Origin: Lama glama
Taxonomy: Eukaryota
Length of the DNA: 64,000 nucleotides
Assembly: GCA_028534125.1 (NCBI GenBank)
Contig: CM052816.1
Span: forward strand, 88,476,001-88,540,000
Direction: 5' to 3'
Shown: positions 1 to 12,059 of the stretch, piece by piece
How the letters are laid out: every line of letters begins with the position of its first letter
Numbering within the stretch: the stretch's first letter is position 1
Position numbers and translations under genes: made by a program
Notes under the pieces: generated by a model
Told to the model about the DNA's origin: nothing
Seen by the model: only the letters and a program-made list of their open reading frames with translations
Databases searched by the model: none

Positions 1-211
1 ATAATCTAGGTAAAAGAATTCAGATAATTATAGCAGGTCATAACAAAAGACTTTTTTGTGAAGAATGCCATGGAGGTTGGATGAAATACATATCTTTTCA
101 ATTAAATAGAGTTTATAAAAGAAAGTACAGTATTGTTCAACTATAGGGTTGCATTTTTTTCTTTTTTTTCAGTTTTATTGAGGTAAAGTTGACAATGAGT
201 ACAAAAGTTGT

Positions 212-1470
212 AAGATAAAAATGAAACCTCCTAGAAGAAAATATAAGCAAAACATTATCTGACATACATCTCAAAATGTTCTCCTAGGGCAGTCTATCCA
301 AGCAATAGAAATACAAGCAAGAATAAACTTATGGGACCTAGTTAAACTTGCAAGCTTCTGCACAGTAAAGGAAACCATAAGTAAAACAAAACAACAACCT
401 ACAGAATGTGAGAAAATTTTTGCAAACGATGAAACCAACAAAGGCTTGATCTCCAGAATATATAAGCAGCTCATATGACTTAATAAGAAAAAAACAAACA
501 ACCCAATCCAAAAATGGGCAGAAGACCTAAACAAGCAATTCTCCAAAGAATAAACACAAACAATCAATAGGCACATGAAAAAAATGCTCTACATCACTAA
601 TTATCAGAGAAATGCAAATCAAAACTACAATGAGGTATCACCTCACACCAGCCAGAATGGCCATCATTCAAAAGTCCACAAATGACAAATGCTGGAGAGA
701 CTGTGGAGAAAAGGGAACCCTCCTACACTGCTGGTGGTAATGCAGTTTGGTGCAGCCACTGTGGAAAACAGTATGGAGATTCCTCAAAAGACTAGGAATA
801 GACTTACTATATGACCCAGGAATCCCGCTCCTGGGCATATATCCAGAAGGAACCCTACTTCAGGATGACACCTGTACCCCAATGTTCATAGCAGCACTAT
901 TTACAATAGCCAAGACATGGAAGGAAACTAAATGTCCATCAACAGATGACTGGATAAAGAAGATATGGTGTATTTATACAATGGAATACTATTCAGCCAT
1001 AAAAACCAACAACGTAACACCATTTGTAGCAACATGCATATTCCTGGAGAATGTCATTCTAAGTGAAGTAAGCCAGAAAGAGAAAGAAAAATACCATATG
1101 AGATTGCTCATATGTGGAATTAAAAAAAAACAATAAAGAACATAAATACTAAACAGAAACAGACTCATAGACATAGAATACAAAATTACAGTTGCCAAGG
1201 GGACAGGGGGTGGGAAGGGACAGACTGGGATTTCAAAATTTGTAGATACTGACAGGCATATACAGAATAGATAAACAAGATTATAATGTATAGCACAGGG
1301 AAATATATACAAGATTTTGTGGTAGCTCACAGTGAAAAAAAAAGTGACAATGAATATATGTACGTTCATGTATAACTGAAAAATTGTGCTCTACACTGGA
1401 ATTTGACACAACATTGTAAAATGACTATAACTCAATAAAAAAATGTAACAACACAAAAAAAGAAAAAAAG
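212..1470 (+). mobile_element. Young 5'-truncated LINE-1 (ORF2 3' end, 3' UTR, A-tail), probably a camelid-lineage family
   Basis: Encodes the ORF2 C-terminus ([29 protein letters not shown]). Has a G-rich 3' UTR tract near 1198-1220 and AATAAA plus an A-rich tail at 1434-1470. Closely similar to 17222-18446. Confidence 0.95.
747..1136 (+). pseudogene. L1 ORF2p C-terminal coding remnant (non-functional)
   Basis: ORF track gives [32 protein letters not shown]...[16 protein letters not shown]...WIKKIWCIYTMEYYSAIK. The upstream frame has stops, and there is no EN or RT domain. Confidence 0.92.
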
Positions 1471-1626
1471 TGTTTTGGGGATCTAATGTACAGCATGGTA
1501 ATTATAATGAAAGAAAAGATCTTAAGTATTCTCACCGCAAACAAACAAAAAGTTACTACACCTATTCTTTTAAAAGTAGTACAAACTTAGATCTATTCTT
1601 TGTTTTTGTGTGTTTTCTCTCATTAC

Positions 1627-2035
1627 AGTCAGTATTTATTTTACCCAATTGTTTGTTCCTCCCTTTCGTGAAGTAGGATTATACCCTTATCAATTGCAAT
1701 CTGAGGGCAAGTTCTTTGAGGGAGGGGCTTGAGCATGTTACTTTCTTTGACCAATGAGCTTTGAGTAGGCATGACATGTGACAATTCTGAGTGAAAGTTT
1801 TAAGCCATTGCGTATTTTGTCAGTTTCCATGCTCTTTCTCTCTACCAAAAGAACGATATGTGTCAAATAAGGTTGTAGTTTAACTTCCATCCCAGAATGT
1901 TAAGACATATAGAAGAGAGCTGCATCAGGGAACTCACAATCCTGGCATACAGTGAGAATAATATATGGATGTTTCTTGTAAGATGTGGGATTTGGGGGAA
2001 TTGTTTGTTATTGTAGCAAAATTCACTAATATACA
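1627..2035 (+). mobile_element. ERVL-MaLR LTR (MLT1I/J-like)
   Basis: GGGCTTGAGCATGTTACTTTCTTTGACCAATGAG and the 3' end GATTTGGGGGAATTGTTTGTTATTGTAGCA...CTAATATACA are typical of MLT1. Confidence 0.7.
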
Positions 2036-2439
2036 CTCTTCAGCTTTTCATAATTTTTTCTAGGAATTATACCTATTTTTCTAATTTTTTGGACCTGTGA
2101 GGTTGAGATATTATGAGACAACTACTTTGTTGTATCTGCTGCCAAAATTGCATATTTTAATAACAACACTTCAAATATTTAAAAATGAAAAACAATGACA
2201 TATAGTTACATCATATGTCAATAGGTCACTTGCCGAATGCACCGGATCTCAATTAGTAATATGTGAGAGTGATAATAATCATGATGCTACGGATGCCAGA
2301 GGTTAACTAAAACCAACTTACTGCCATCAGGACTATGAGTAATCTAGTTCCAAACTCCCATCCTGAGGGTTTGGCTTTAAGAACACTCCCAGAATCAACC
2401 ATCTTGGCCTACGTCTTCCATCAAGCACGTACCATGATA

Positions 2440-2900
2440 AAAGTGGATATACTACTGTTCTATTAGGAACTGTAATTCCAGGGACTGGAGTGAAGGGAAA
2501 AAAGCAAGTGTGGCAAGAGAGGTGGGAGAGCTAATTCCTGGCGCATTACTGAGCTTTCTAGAGTTTGGTTCAGTTCTGTAAAACCATCTTACAGTAGATT
2601 TTACGAACAATTGCATCCCCGGTCTGTCAGGGGAAGAAAAAGTGAAGAATTAATTTCCTTGTGTCCAATTCTCATTTATCAAGAGTTCACCCTCTGGTTA
2701 ATAACTCACTTGTAGTTTTGGTTGTGTAGGTATGGGTGGATCATATGTTAGCTCACATCTCAAATCTATAGAGAAGCACTGGTGAGAAAGCCAAATGGTG
2801 GGGGTTGTGGACATAAAGCAGAAGCATTTTGTATTCCACCAGTTGAAGCCAATGAGAGCCCATGCTGAAAATGCACAAGTGAGACCTCAAGAATTTAAAC
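2440..2900 (-). mobile_element. Degraded ERVL LTR (LTR16/LTR33-like)
   Basis: GTAATTCCAGGGACTGGAGTGAAGGG...GAGAGCTAAT...GCATTACTGAGC resembles the antisense LTR33/16 3' region. Confidence 0.4.
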
Positions 2901-3067
2901 TGCAGTGTAATAAAGGACTGACACAGTTACACACTAAACATTCTACATCACACCTTTGTTACATCAGTCACCTAAATTATTTTCTCAGTTGATCATAGAT
3001 ATTGAATTTCTTATATAATTCTAGGTGATATTTTATACAAAAGTGATTTTGTAATGCACTGTCTGCT

Positions 3068-3164
3068 TTATATATGTTTATATGTTTGAATATGTATATA
3101 TATGTACATATGTAGCTATGTGTGTAGTGTATGTACGTACTTTGTGTGTGTGTATACACATACA
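3068..3164. repeat. Imperfect (TA)n/(TG)n simple repeat
   Basis: Alternating TATATG/TGTG runs. Confidence 0.8.
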
Positions 3165-4859
3165 TTTGGTGGAATTATATTTTATTATTTATAGTCAACC
3201 TCATGTTTTATAAATAAAAATATAAATTTTATCAACAGGCTTACTTTTTTTACAATAAGAGCAAAAAAATGACAAAAGTATTAAAGTCCATAATGATACT
3301 AGTATTTTCCAGCATTCTAAGATGATTGTGCATATATATTCATATTTTGTTTTCATTCTTGATATGTCACTCATGTCCATACCATACTAATGTATTTAGC
3401 TCATGAGTCATAATATACACTTCAATTTCATGAATAGTTGTTTTCATTTATAATTGAATTGAATTCAGGCAACAGTTTACATTTCTTATCTAGGTGACAC
3501 CACACTCTGTATATTTCAAATAGCCAGACGTCTACTGAAAGAAAGGCATATCTGGAATGATACACATTCAGTAAAAAAATTTGGAATGTCACATAATTGT
3601 AAAATGCAAAACTTACTAAATAAATATTTATAACGGAGCACAAACTGTTTTAACAAAAGTTGTAACTTAGCTGAGACCGTTTGCCAATAATTAATGTTCA
3701 TAGTTCTTCCTCAATAAGAGATCATATATATACTATACATGCTTATTTCCTATATTTTCCAAAAAGAAGGATATGCTCCTGAAATTATTGTTTTTTTCTA
3801 CTTGGATACCCATCATGAAAATACCTCTCATTGTCTTCTTAAACATATTTAAAGAGATTTTTCTCTGCTCTTCCCACCATTTTTCTCTATCATTTGTTAA
3901 TGTTTTAACTTACTAATATATCTGGACTAACAAAAAAATAGAAAAATATCAGACATAAATCACCAGGATTTGTTTCTAAAATGTGCATCTCTTACTTGAC
4001 ATTTAAGATAAATGTCTTCTAGCTTTTGAATATTTTATAGAAGCTGTTACTCAAAGGTCTAATTCTGAACCTAAATATATGACTTTGAGTCAAAACTGAG
4101 ATGATCATTTTCCTTTTAAACTATGATTCAATCTGGGAATATTTATCTGAAATTTGAAAAATTACATGACTTTGAATAGTATTATCTTAATTCTGTAGAA
4201 ATAAATATTTCAATAAAATTATTAAAAATAATGTTAGAAATTAGATTGTGTGAAAAAGATAATGTAGGCCTTCAGTGTATTTATACCAAATATTTAGCTG
4301 GTTTTCTTTTTTATTCAGTTTCCTTATATTATGGGAAAACATCAAAAATCTATATTGAGACATAGTAAAATAAGTAACAGTTTCCCTTGAATAATATTTA
4401 AAAAGAATCACTGGATGTCAGACAGTAAGGTAGTTATGCTCTCTCATTTTTATCACTTCATCTTCATAGCAATAATCCAAAATAGTTAATACTATCCATT
4501 TAAAATTTTTTTTGAGAATAAGTTACCAAATATCTCATTGCCAGAAAATGGCAAAATGACAATTCAACACTACTTCCTGGTGTCACATTATTTTTTTCAC
4601 TAAGTTATACTGACTATCCCTTAACTACTTTAAAATCCTTAAACACTACTTTAAATTACTTAAATTCTTGAAGGAAATTTACACTTTTCAGTTTTCCTTT
4701 GTATCTTCACAAGCTCTTCACTACTTCATTCAACAAATGTATCTTGAAGTCTATGAAAGTTTTGATATTTAAACATTTTTGACCTACAAAAATGACAATT
4801 TAATATGATTACCTTAATATTTGTTGAGTATTTCCTCTGCGGAGGGAATACAGCACTCC

Positions 4860-5436
4860 ATTATTTTTCTTCTGTGTACAAATACTTCAAAGCTTAGTGG
4901 ATTGAAACAACACTTTTCTCACATTTTCTGAGAGTCAAGGGTCCTTGTGTGGCTCAGCCGGGTCCTCTAGTTTAGAGCCTCACACAGGCTATAGGCAAAC
5001 ATCAGCCAGGTCAGTCATCTCTTCTGAAGACTTCCCTGGGGAAGGATCCAACTCTAGGCTCATTCATGTGATTCAGGATTGAGTCCCTTAAGGGTTGTTG
5101 GACAAAAGCGCTCAGTTCCTTGTTGGTGATTGACCAGAGCCCATCCTCAGTTCTTGTCATATGAGCCTTTCCAGTTTGCTTTATTAAAGCAAGCACCCAG
5201 GAAGAACCAGAGACAGAGACAAAGACAGAGACAAAGAAACAGAGAGAGAGAGGGAGTGATGTGGAAGTCAACCACCTTTTGTAACCTAATCTCAGAAGTA
5301 ACATCCTATAACTTATATTCTATTCATCAGGAGCAAGCCACTAGGTCAAGTTTACTCTTAACGATAAGGGATCATAGAGTGTGTGAAGACAAAGAGGTGG
5401 GTATCAATGAGAGCCATCTTAGAAGTCTGCCTACGA
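4860..5436 (-). mobile_element. ERVL-MaLR LTR (MLT1E/F-like)
   Basis: CTTAGTGGATTGAAACAACAC...GGGGAAGGATCCAACTCTAGGCTCATTCATGTG...TAACCTAATCTCAGAAGTAACATCC...GCCATCTTAGAAGTCTGCCTAC. Contains an AG-rich repeat at 5208-5252. Confidence 0.85.
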
Positions 5437-6266
5437 TGAGCACTGAATTAGACAAAGTGTCTGGACTCATGGAGCTTACATGTTACTGCTGCAAGAGAGA
5501 CCTCAAAGAAATATATATACACACATGCACACCCACACAAGCATACAAGCACAGCAACATACCGAGAGACCATAAAGGCAATTTAAAAATGTGGATGAAA
5601 AGTAAAATGTTATTAGACATAGGATGTTAAGAAAAATGGAAGGAAGCACACCAGGCAGATTTCTAGGAGAATATTCCAGCAGAGAGAAAAGCGAGTGTCA
5701 AGTGCCTGAGATAAATGCAAGTTTGGCGTTTGAGGAAAACAAAGAAGCCCTCGTGGCTGGGCAGGATGAGTGACGGGAAAATGGAAGGAAAGAGCTGTCT
5801 GTTTATGTAGGGCTTTTAGTCTGTGGAATAACCTTGGATGATCCCTGAGTGAGCTATGAACCATTTAGTGTTTGCTGTGGAGGAATGACACAACCTAGCC
5901 TGCAACTTCTAAGGACCATTCTGAATTCTGTGTGAAAGAGAAAGGGTAAAATTGGTCAAACACGGAAGACTGTATAGGAAACTGTCTTGGATAATCCAGA
6001 CAAATTATTATAATGATTTGGGTCAAATTACTAGCTGTGGGCATAGTGGCAGGTGGGGAGACTCTGGATGAATTTAAATGTAGATCCAGAAGCCTTATCT
6101 GGTAGATTTTCTATTAAGAATGAGAGGGAAAGAGGTCAGGGATGACTTCAAATATTTTCCCTTTTACATGAGTTGTATTTAAAACCATAGAACCAAATGA
6201 GATCAGCTGAAGAGGAAGTAAAGACAAGGAAGAGAAGATGTATGAGAACTGAAACTGAGATGGTCT

Positions 6267-6888
6267 TGAGAAAGGAAGGGGGCAGGGCACAGCCATTCAA
6301 GAAATAGCCCAACAATTAACACCAGAATGGCGAAAGATTCAACCCCCAGTAGGCCTTGAGGCTCAAAATGATGGGAGATTTGACTTCCTTGAGCTTCATT
6401 ACATACTCACTGTAACATTTTAGCATGGTGAATAACATGCCCACAGGCACCACAACAGCCCCAAGGCTAACCACAAAAGGTCAAAGAGTGGGAAATGGCC
6501 AATTTCTTGGGAATCCCAGCCCCTTCACCAGGCTAGCTAGACTGGTCCTTCCACTTATTAGCATATGAAGCTATGAAGCCCGTAAAAACTGGCAACACTG
6601 CCCCTCACGGCCGCCCAATCTCTCTCGCTTTTCGGAGACAGCCTGCACTCTGTCTGGGGAGTGTGTCCCTACTTTTACTCTAATCTGAGCACCCAACCCC
6701 CACATCTTGTGGCTTTTTTCTTGCCTTTTGATGTATCTCTCTAAATAAATCTTTACTCAACTGTGGTTCACTCTTGAATTCTTTCCTGCACTAAGCCAAG
6801 GACCCACACTTGGTGGGGCATGTCCCAGGGGCTCAACCGAAGCCTGGGACATGGCCCTTCTCACGCCCCATCCGTTTTTACTGCATCA
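6267..6888 (+). mobile_element. ERV1 solo LTR, MER41-related, relatively young (622 bp)
   Basis: TG...CA termini, 4-bp TSD GTCT/ATCT, AATAAA at 6744-6749, U5-like TTGAATTCTTTCCTGC..AAGCCAAGGACCC, retained CpGs. The L2 flanks rejoin across it. Confidence 0.9.
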
Positions 6889-7354
6889 ATCTTCAATATG
6901 TAGAGTTTGAAAAGATGAAAGTGATTCAGTGATGGATTACGTGCAGTAATGAATTGTCGAGGAAACAATGAAGTGTTATGGCAAGTGAAGAAACTCAATG
7001 GTCCAGAGAGAGGAGAACTAAAATTTCATCATTGTATCTGGCAAAATGAAACCCACTAGTGACTTTGACAAGAACTTGATCTGAAGAGGTGAGGGTGAAA
7101 AAGGAGGGATGACTTGCTAAGGAGTGAGCCATACAGAGAATTAGAGAAGAAATGGAGACAATGTGTGCAAACTTTTCAGCTGCTGTAAAAGGTTGCATAG
7201 AAACGGTGCAGTAAGGACAGGGAATCAAGACAGCAACTTTGTTATTCAGGGTTTAGGATTTTGTGGCAGGAAGGAGACAAACTACACAATAATTTTAAGA
7301 CTAAGTAGATTTAACACAAATAATTAGATATTAAAACAATAATATAACTTTCTA

Positions 7355-7615
7355 GTAGAAGCTGTGTCCCTCTAAGTCATCAGTTCTTGCCAGAGAGTGC
7401 TCCGTCCCCAGTTTGAGCTCTCTCTGGGCTCCAGTAACATTTTGTATTCACCTTGCGTCCCCAACCCAAGTGACGGTAACTCCTGCTGGATGCATCAGTA
7501 AACCCTTTTGAGCTCCCTTATTCATGCCCATACGTCTCTTAGTAATCCATTTACTGTTGTTCATTTGAAATATTTGGGGTGAATTTTCTTCGCAGACAGT
7601 TCCCTAATGGATGCA
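7355..7615 (+). mobile_element. ERVL LTR 3' part (LTR33/LTR41-like)
   Basis: CTGGGCTCCAGTAACA...CCTTGCGTCCCCAACCCAAGTGACGGTAAC...TGCCCATACGTCTCTTAGTAATCCATT. Confidence 0.5.
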
Positions 7616-8734
7616 GGGAATCACCAATCCTCCACCGGAACCACTGACTTCCAAGTCTGGCCTTTGACGATTAGGAAGCAAACACCACTCTTCAGTCACC
7701 ACTTGACAGTAATGAAGCTAGTCTCCAGACTAAGCTGATGACACGGAGCACATTCTACTGTCAAATGCTTTCAAAGTTTTCTGACTGCTTGTCTGACAGC
7801 AAGAGCTAGAAGAGCAACAAGACACACTCCTATCCCACTGCTGCTTCCAAACTTGGTGTGATGCAGAAAGTTGGCAGAACCTACCCGACATCCAAAACCC
7901 TCGTCACAAGTGGCTCTGGGAAATCAACTGTTTAGCACTTCAGACTTTTTAGCTTTGGGATTTACACTACAAGGAGGTAAGGATTGATTCTGAGAGCTAC
8001 CTCAATTATTTACCACATGCATTGCAATATTTTGTGGCGTTTCTATGTTAACTATTTTATTGACAGGGAAGAAATGAAGAGGCAGCAGAGTGAAGAGACA
8101 ATTTCAGGAGAAAAACCCTTTGGAAGAGATGGGAACAGCGCACCAGTAAATACCCCATGTGTTAATGTTCTATCCAGTCGTACAGAGATAAACCATCAGA
8201 TGCAAATTTGATGGGGATGGTAGCTTACTAAATGTATTACCTCTGTATCTTCAACTTTTCAGGCAAGTTAGGACCACACGAGGTGAAGAAATAAAACTTG
8301 AATGAATGTTTGAATATATGTATAAATACTCCTCTTTGTTAATTGATATTTTGCTCTAAATTTTATTAACGTCGCCATCATTTTCCCTGCAGTCATCTCT
8401 AACTGCTGCATTTTTTCCAGTTCTCTTAAATATTTTACCATTCTGTGTTTCCACATGTAATCCTTAAAGTGTTTCATAAAAAATAAATTGCTGAATCATG
8501 TTTGCAAGTCTTAAAAGTTATTTTTGTTTATATTTGTATTTGTTTGTTAATTATGGAACCTGGGCCTATTTTGGCTGTGTATATGAGTTAAGCACGTTTA
8601 TTATTGTGTTAAGTATTATACTTAGGGTGTATCTCTGCCATCTTATTTCATGTTTTTCTTTACTGTCTTTTAAGAACATATTATTTATTGTCTTAATTTC
8701 TGGCTTCATAGATACATTGATTTTTTTAGAGTAT

Positions 8735-9195
8735 GAAATGCACTTAGCTGAAAATTACAAAAAATCTCTGCTACGGTGGCATAAACAGAAAGGTATTATG
8801 TTTATCATGTCATAATAAAACTGAAGGAAAGAAAACAGTAGCTGAGTGAGAATAGCAGGAACCCAGACACTTTTCAGATTTCAATTCTGCTGTACTTGTG
8901 AGTACATCTTAGTCCAACTCTTTGTTGCTCCATAGTCTTAATATAATCGCCATAACTTTCCCAATTTGTCTACATTTCAGATGAGAGAAGCACATTTGAA
9001 TCAGGCAAGTTACTCTTTTAGTGATGTAAAGATTTTCTGGATAAACCTCACTTGTCAACAAAATACGGTCAGACATGTATTTTAGCCGCCACCTAGGCAG
9101 GTAAGTCTGGATAGATAAGTTCTTAGTAATTTATATTCGATAGCAGGGTATTTTCAATAATAAAGAGGAGAGACTGGATTTTGAAAAGTCACTCT
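8735..9195 (-). mobile_element. Old MaLR LTR (MLT1J/K/L-like)
   Basis: GTGGCATAAACAGAAAGG...GGAACCCAGACACTTTTCAGATTTCAATTCTGCT, with an end region AATAAAGAGGAGAGACTGGATTTTG. Confidence 0.55.
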
Positions 9196-9229
9196 TTAAA
9201 TGTCTTAATTTTATCGTGTGGGTCTGGTG

Positions 9230-10520
9230 TTTATAAATATTCCTGGTATTTTATTTTTGTGAACAAAAAATGTTCAGTTATTTACTTTTCTCATAACTGC
9301 GTTCTTGTAAATGCATTTCTTTTATGACTTTCTCCAAATATCATTTATTTTCAAAAGGTACTTATGTGAGTTAGAATATCTTTATATTATTTTCAGATTT
9401 AAATAATTATTTTACTTGCTATAAAATTGAAGTTATTTTCCTGTATTACTTTGAAATTACTACTCCACTGTCATCTTTTATCCATTATTGAGGTTGATTA
9501 ATCTTATTTCAGTCTGATTCTATTCACTTTGGATGACCTGATTTTTCTTTAGAGCCTTAATGATTTTTCTCTAAGTTTTTTATTATTATTAATTTTCACT
9601 GTAGTGTGGCTCAGTGATGTTTTATTATTGCCAACTAGAAATACATTAGGTGTTCCATTTTAAGGGCTAATGTCTTTTCTAAGTATGAGTGATTTTTGGA
9701 CATTTCTTCAATTATTTCTTCTCTGCCATTAATATTTTGCAATATATTGATGTTAAGTCTGAAGTCCACATCACCCAAGTGTTCTGATGTATACTGACTC
9801 TCTTCTGTCTCTCTGACGCTCTCTGGGGTAGGTCTTTGGCCTCTTATTCCACCTCTTCATTCTCTGTGTCTATTCTGACATGAATCCCATTACCTGCATT
9901 TTTTGACTTCAGTGTTATCTTTGCACACCCAGCCCTTTCTCCTATTTCATCTTTTGGATTTTTTAAATTCAGCTTTCTAATTTTTCTGAACTTTTGGGGA
10001 ACATATGGAAATATATTTTTAAAACTTAACTTACCTTGGGTGCATGATTCTACTTTGTTATAAGTTGTTTTGCTTGTAGTGTTTCTTTTAGACATTGAAG
10101 TCGTTTGCTATTCTCACCCTTTATTCATTATTTCTCTGGGGCAATACGTTCTCTCAGTGGGTCATGTATGAGGGCCTAGAGCTCAGGTCCTAGCTAGCAC
10201 ACCTCCTGGCAGAGCAGACGATGTTTTTGTGGGTGTTAGTTTGGTTCAGATGCCCTGATATTGCACTCTGGTTCAATCACTTACTGTTTTTCCCTCCACT
10301 CACAAACAGAAGAACACACTCTCCCTGTGCTCTGCCAGAGGAACTGCTCTGTCCAAAAGCTCTTGGAACTACATATCCTAGAGGTGAGGAGAAAGGCAGT
10401 GAACTGAGCAGTGGGCCTGTGCCTCCCACCAGCTCCCATGCTTGCCAAGCTCTGTGAGTTGTTTGGCGTGACCATCCCACCCCTTCACACAATGTTGCTG
10501 CAGCATTTCTGCTTTGCAAT
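9230..10520 (-). mobile_element. Highly diverged old L1 (L1ME/L1MC-like) fragments
   Basis: T-rich antisense L1-like text (GATTTTTCTCT...AATTTTCACTGTAGTGTG; CATTTCTTCAATTATTTCTTCTCTGCCATT). Confidence 0.45.
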
Positions 10521-10652
10521 AGTGATGGGATAGAAGCACAATGTTGAGAGAATAAAATACAGAACTAAAATACTTCTCTTAATCTCTTATCCCTGGGAGC
10601 TTCTCCTCTTGCACATTGAACAACAAATTACAAAGTCTTATAATGGGATCTG

Positions 10653-10786
10653 ACTTTCTTTCCTTCCTTTCTCTCTCTCTCCATCCCTCCCTCCCTCTCT
10701 CTGTCTTTCTTCTCCCTCCCCTTTCCTTCCTTTTTTGTTTCCTTCTCCTCCTCCTTCTTCTTCTTCACCTTCTTCTTTTCCTTCCT
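10653..10786. repeat. Polypyrimidine (CT/CCT/CTT) simple repeat
   Basis: About 130 bp of almost pure C/T. Confidence 0.9.
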
Positions 10787-12059
10787 TAAATTAAGCTGTC
10801 ATACTAGTTGTCCTTTGGTTCCTATGACATCTCCGAATGTGAGATGGTGGAAAAGAAAAATCAGCAATGCAGGTTTCCTATCTTTTTAAGATGCAGAAAT
10901 CAGATTTCCTGATAAACAAATAATAATTTTTAAGACCACAGAATGCAAATATAATATGCTAAAAATGTTTTAAACTCAAAGAGACTATAATAGCTCTTGA
11001 CATCTTCTTGGTCTTTAACCTCTTTTTTTTGGGAGAAGTTACACTTTGTGACATTGCTATCACAGGATTTTGCTCTCTTATAATGTAAGGGAAATTGTGT
11101 ACACGTTGGGAGACTCAGAGTATATCTGCTCACCAAAATTTGCAGAAGATGTCAAGGCAAAATATATTTTTTAGTGCCATTTCTTAAAAAGGTCACGTGG
11201 TGTCAGTGTTAAGGAAGCATTACAGATTTACAGGCTGCTCCCAGTGGCCAAAGTTATTTTGAATTATAATTCTCACAGGTTCAAAGATGTAACTGTAACA
11301 GTCTTTTTTTAAAAAGTCAGTGTTTCACTGTCTAGTTATTTGATCTTGTCTACTCTTTGGGTTAAAAATGTAAAACTGGAGGGCAAAGGGAAAATGGCTA
11401 TTTTCATTAAACTCGTTTTTTTGTCCTTATTAATAGAAATGTAATGGGCCTTTGTGATTTTAAATACCTGCATTAAACTTAGGTTGTCAAAAAGCTGAAC
11501 TCAAGTGATAAATTAGTAGAAATTTTTTAAAAATTTTGTTTTTTAGTATATTCCAACTATTTTTTATGTATTGAATATATACACTATCAATAAACACCAA
11601 AACACTAATATTTTCTTAAGCTTGAACATCTGATTTTTGTAGTTTACAGTTATTGAAAGGCATGCATGATCTTTCCAATTATCCTTAAATCTCCCAATTT
11701 ATGTAACTGAATTGAGAATGAATCAACAAATAATTGGATAAAAATATTTTGAATTGGTTTCTATCAATCTATGTGCCCACCCTAAATCCTCACACCCCCT
11801 TCTTTGTTCATAATATTTATATTCTTCCAAGCTTCCCTGTATCGTAGATAATCCACTATCTTCCCCATAGGATCTCAATCATCAGCATAACTTTGATGAC
11901 TACAGTTACAGCTGATACAACCTTAGTTCAGGTATCTGGTTGTTCGTTTAATTGCTAAACACATCAAATTTATTCAATCAAATCATAACCAGCTGCTCAT
12001 TATTTCCTTACACCAGAGTCTTTTACATCATTAGTAGAAGTTGAAAGCTTCAGTCTTGG

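Larger units (their letters stand above)
154..1556. mobile_element. Old L1MA-type 3' UTR fragment, split by a younger L1 and apparently inverted
   Basis: 154-195 is poly(T)+CAGTTTTATTGAGGTAAAGTTGACAA, the reverse complement of an L1MA 3' terminus. 196-223 and 1471-1556 join into GAGTACAAAAGTTGTAAGAT...GTTTTGGGGATCTAATGTACAGCATGG...TTCTCACC, matching the uninterrupted copy at 44500-44777. Confidence 0.6.
4725..7230 (-). mobile_element. LINE-2 remnant, interrupted by MLT1 and an ERV1 LTR
   Basis: TCATTCAACAAATGTAT (antisense L2 3' end) at about 4726. Typical antisense L2 body at 5440-6266 and 6889-7230 (e.g. GAATATTCCAGCAGAGAGAAAAGCGAGTGTCAAGTGCCTGAG; CTAGTGACTTTGACAAGA). Confidence 0.7.

Noticed and set aside
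271..1369. Antisense ORFs 271-576 and 989-1369 (also 17049-17501 and 18100-18426)
   Set aside because: These are the usual antisense frames of L1.
5130..5630. 166-aa ORF with RQRQRQ repeats
   Set aside because: Spans an MLT1 LTR, an AG repeat and L2; no protein family resemblance.
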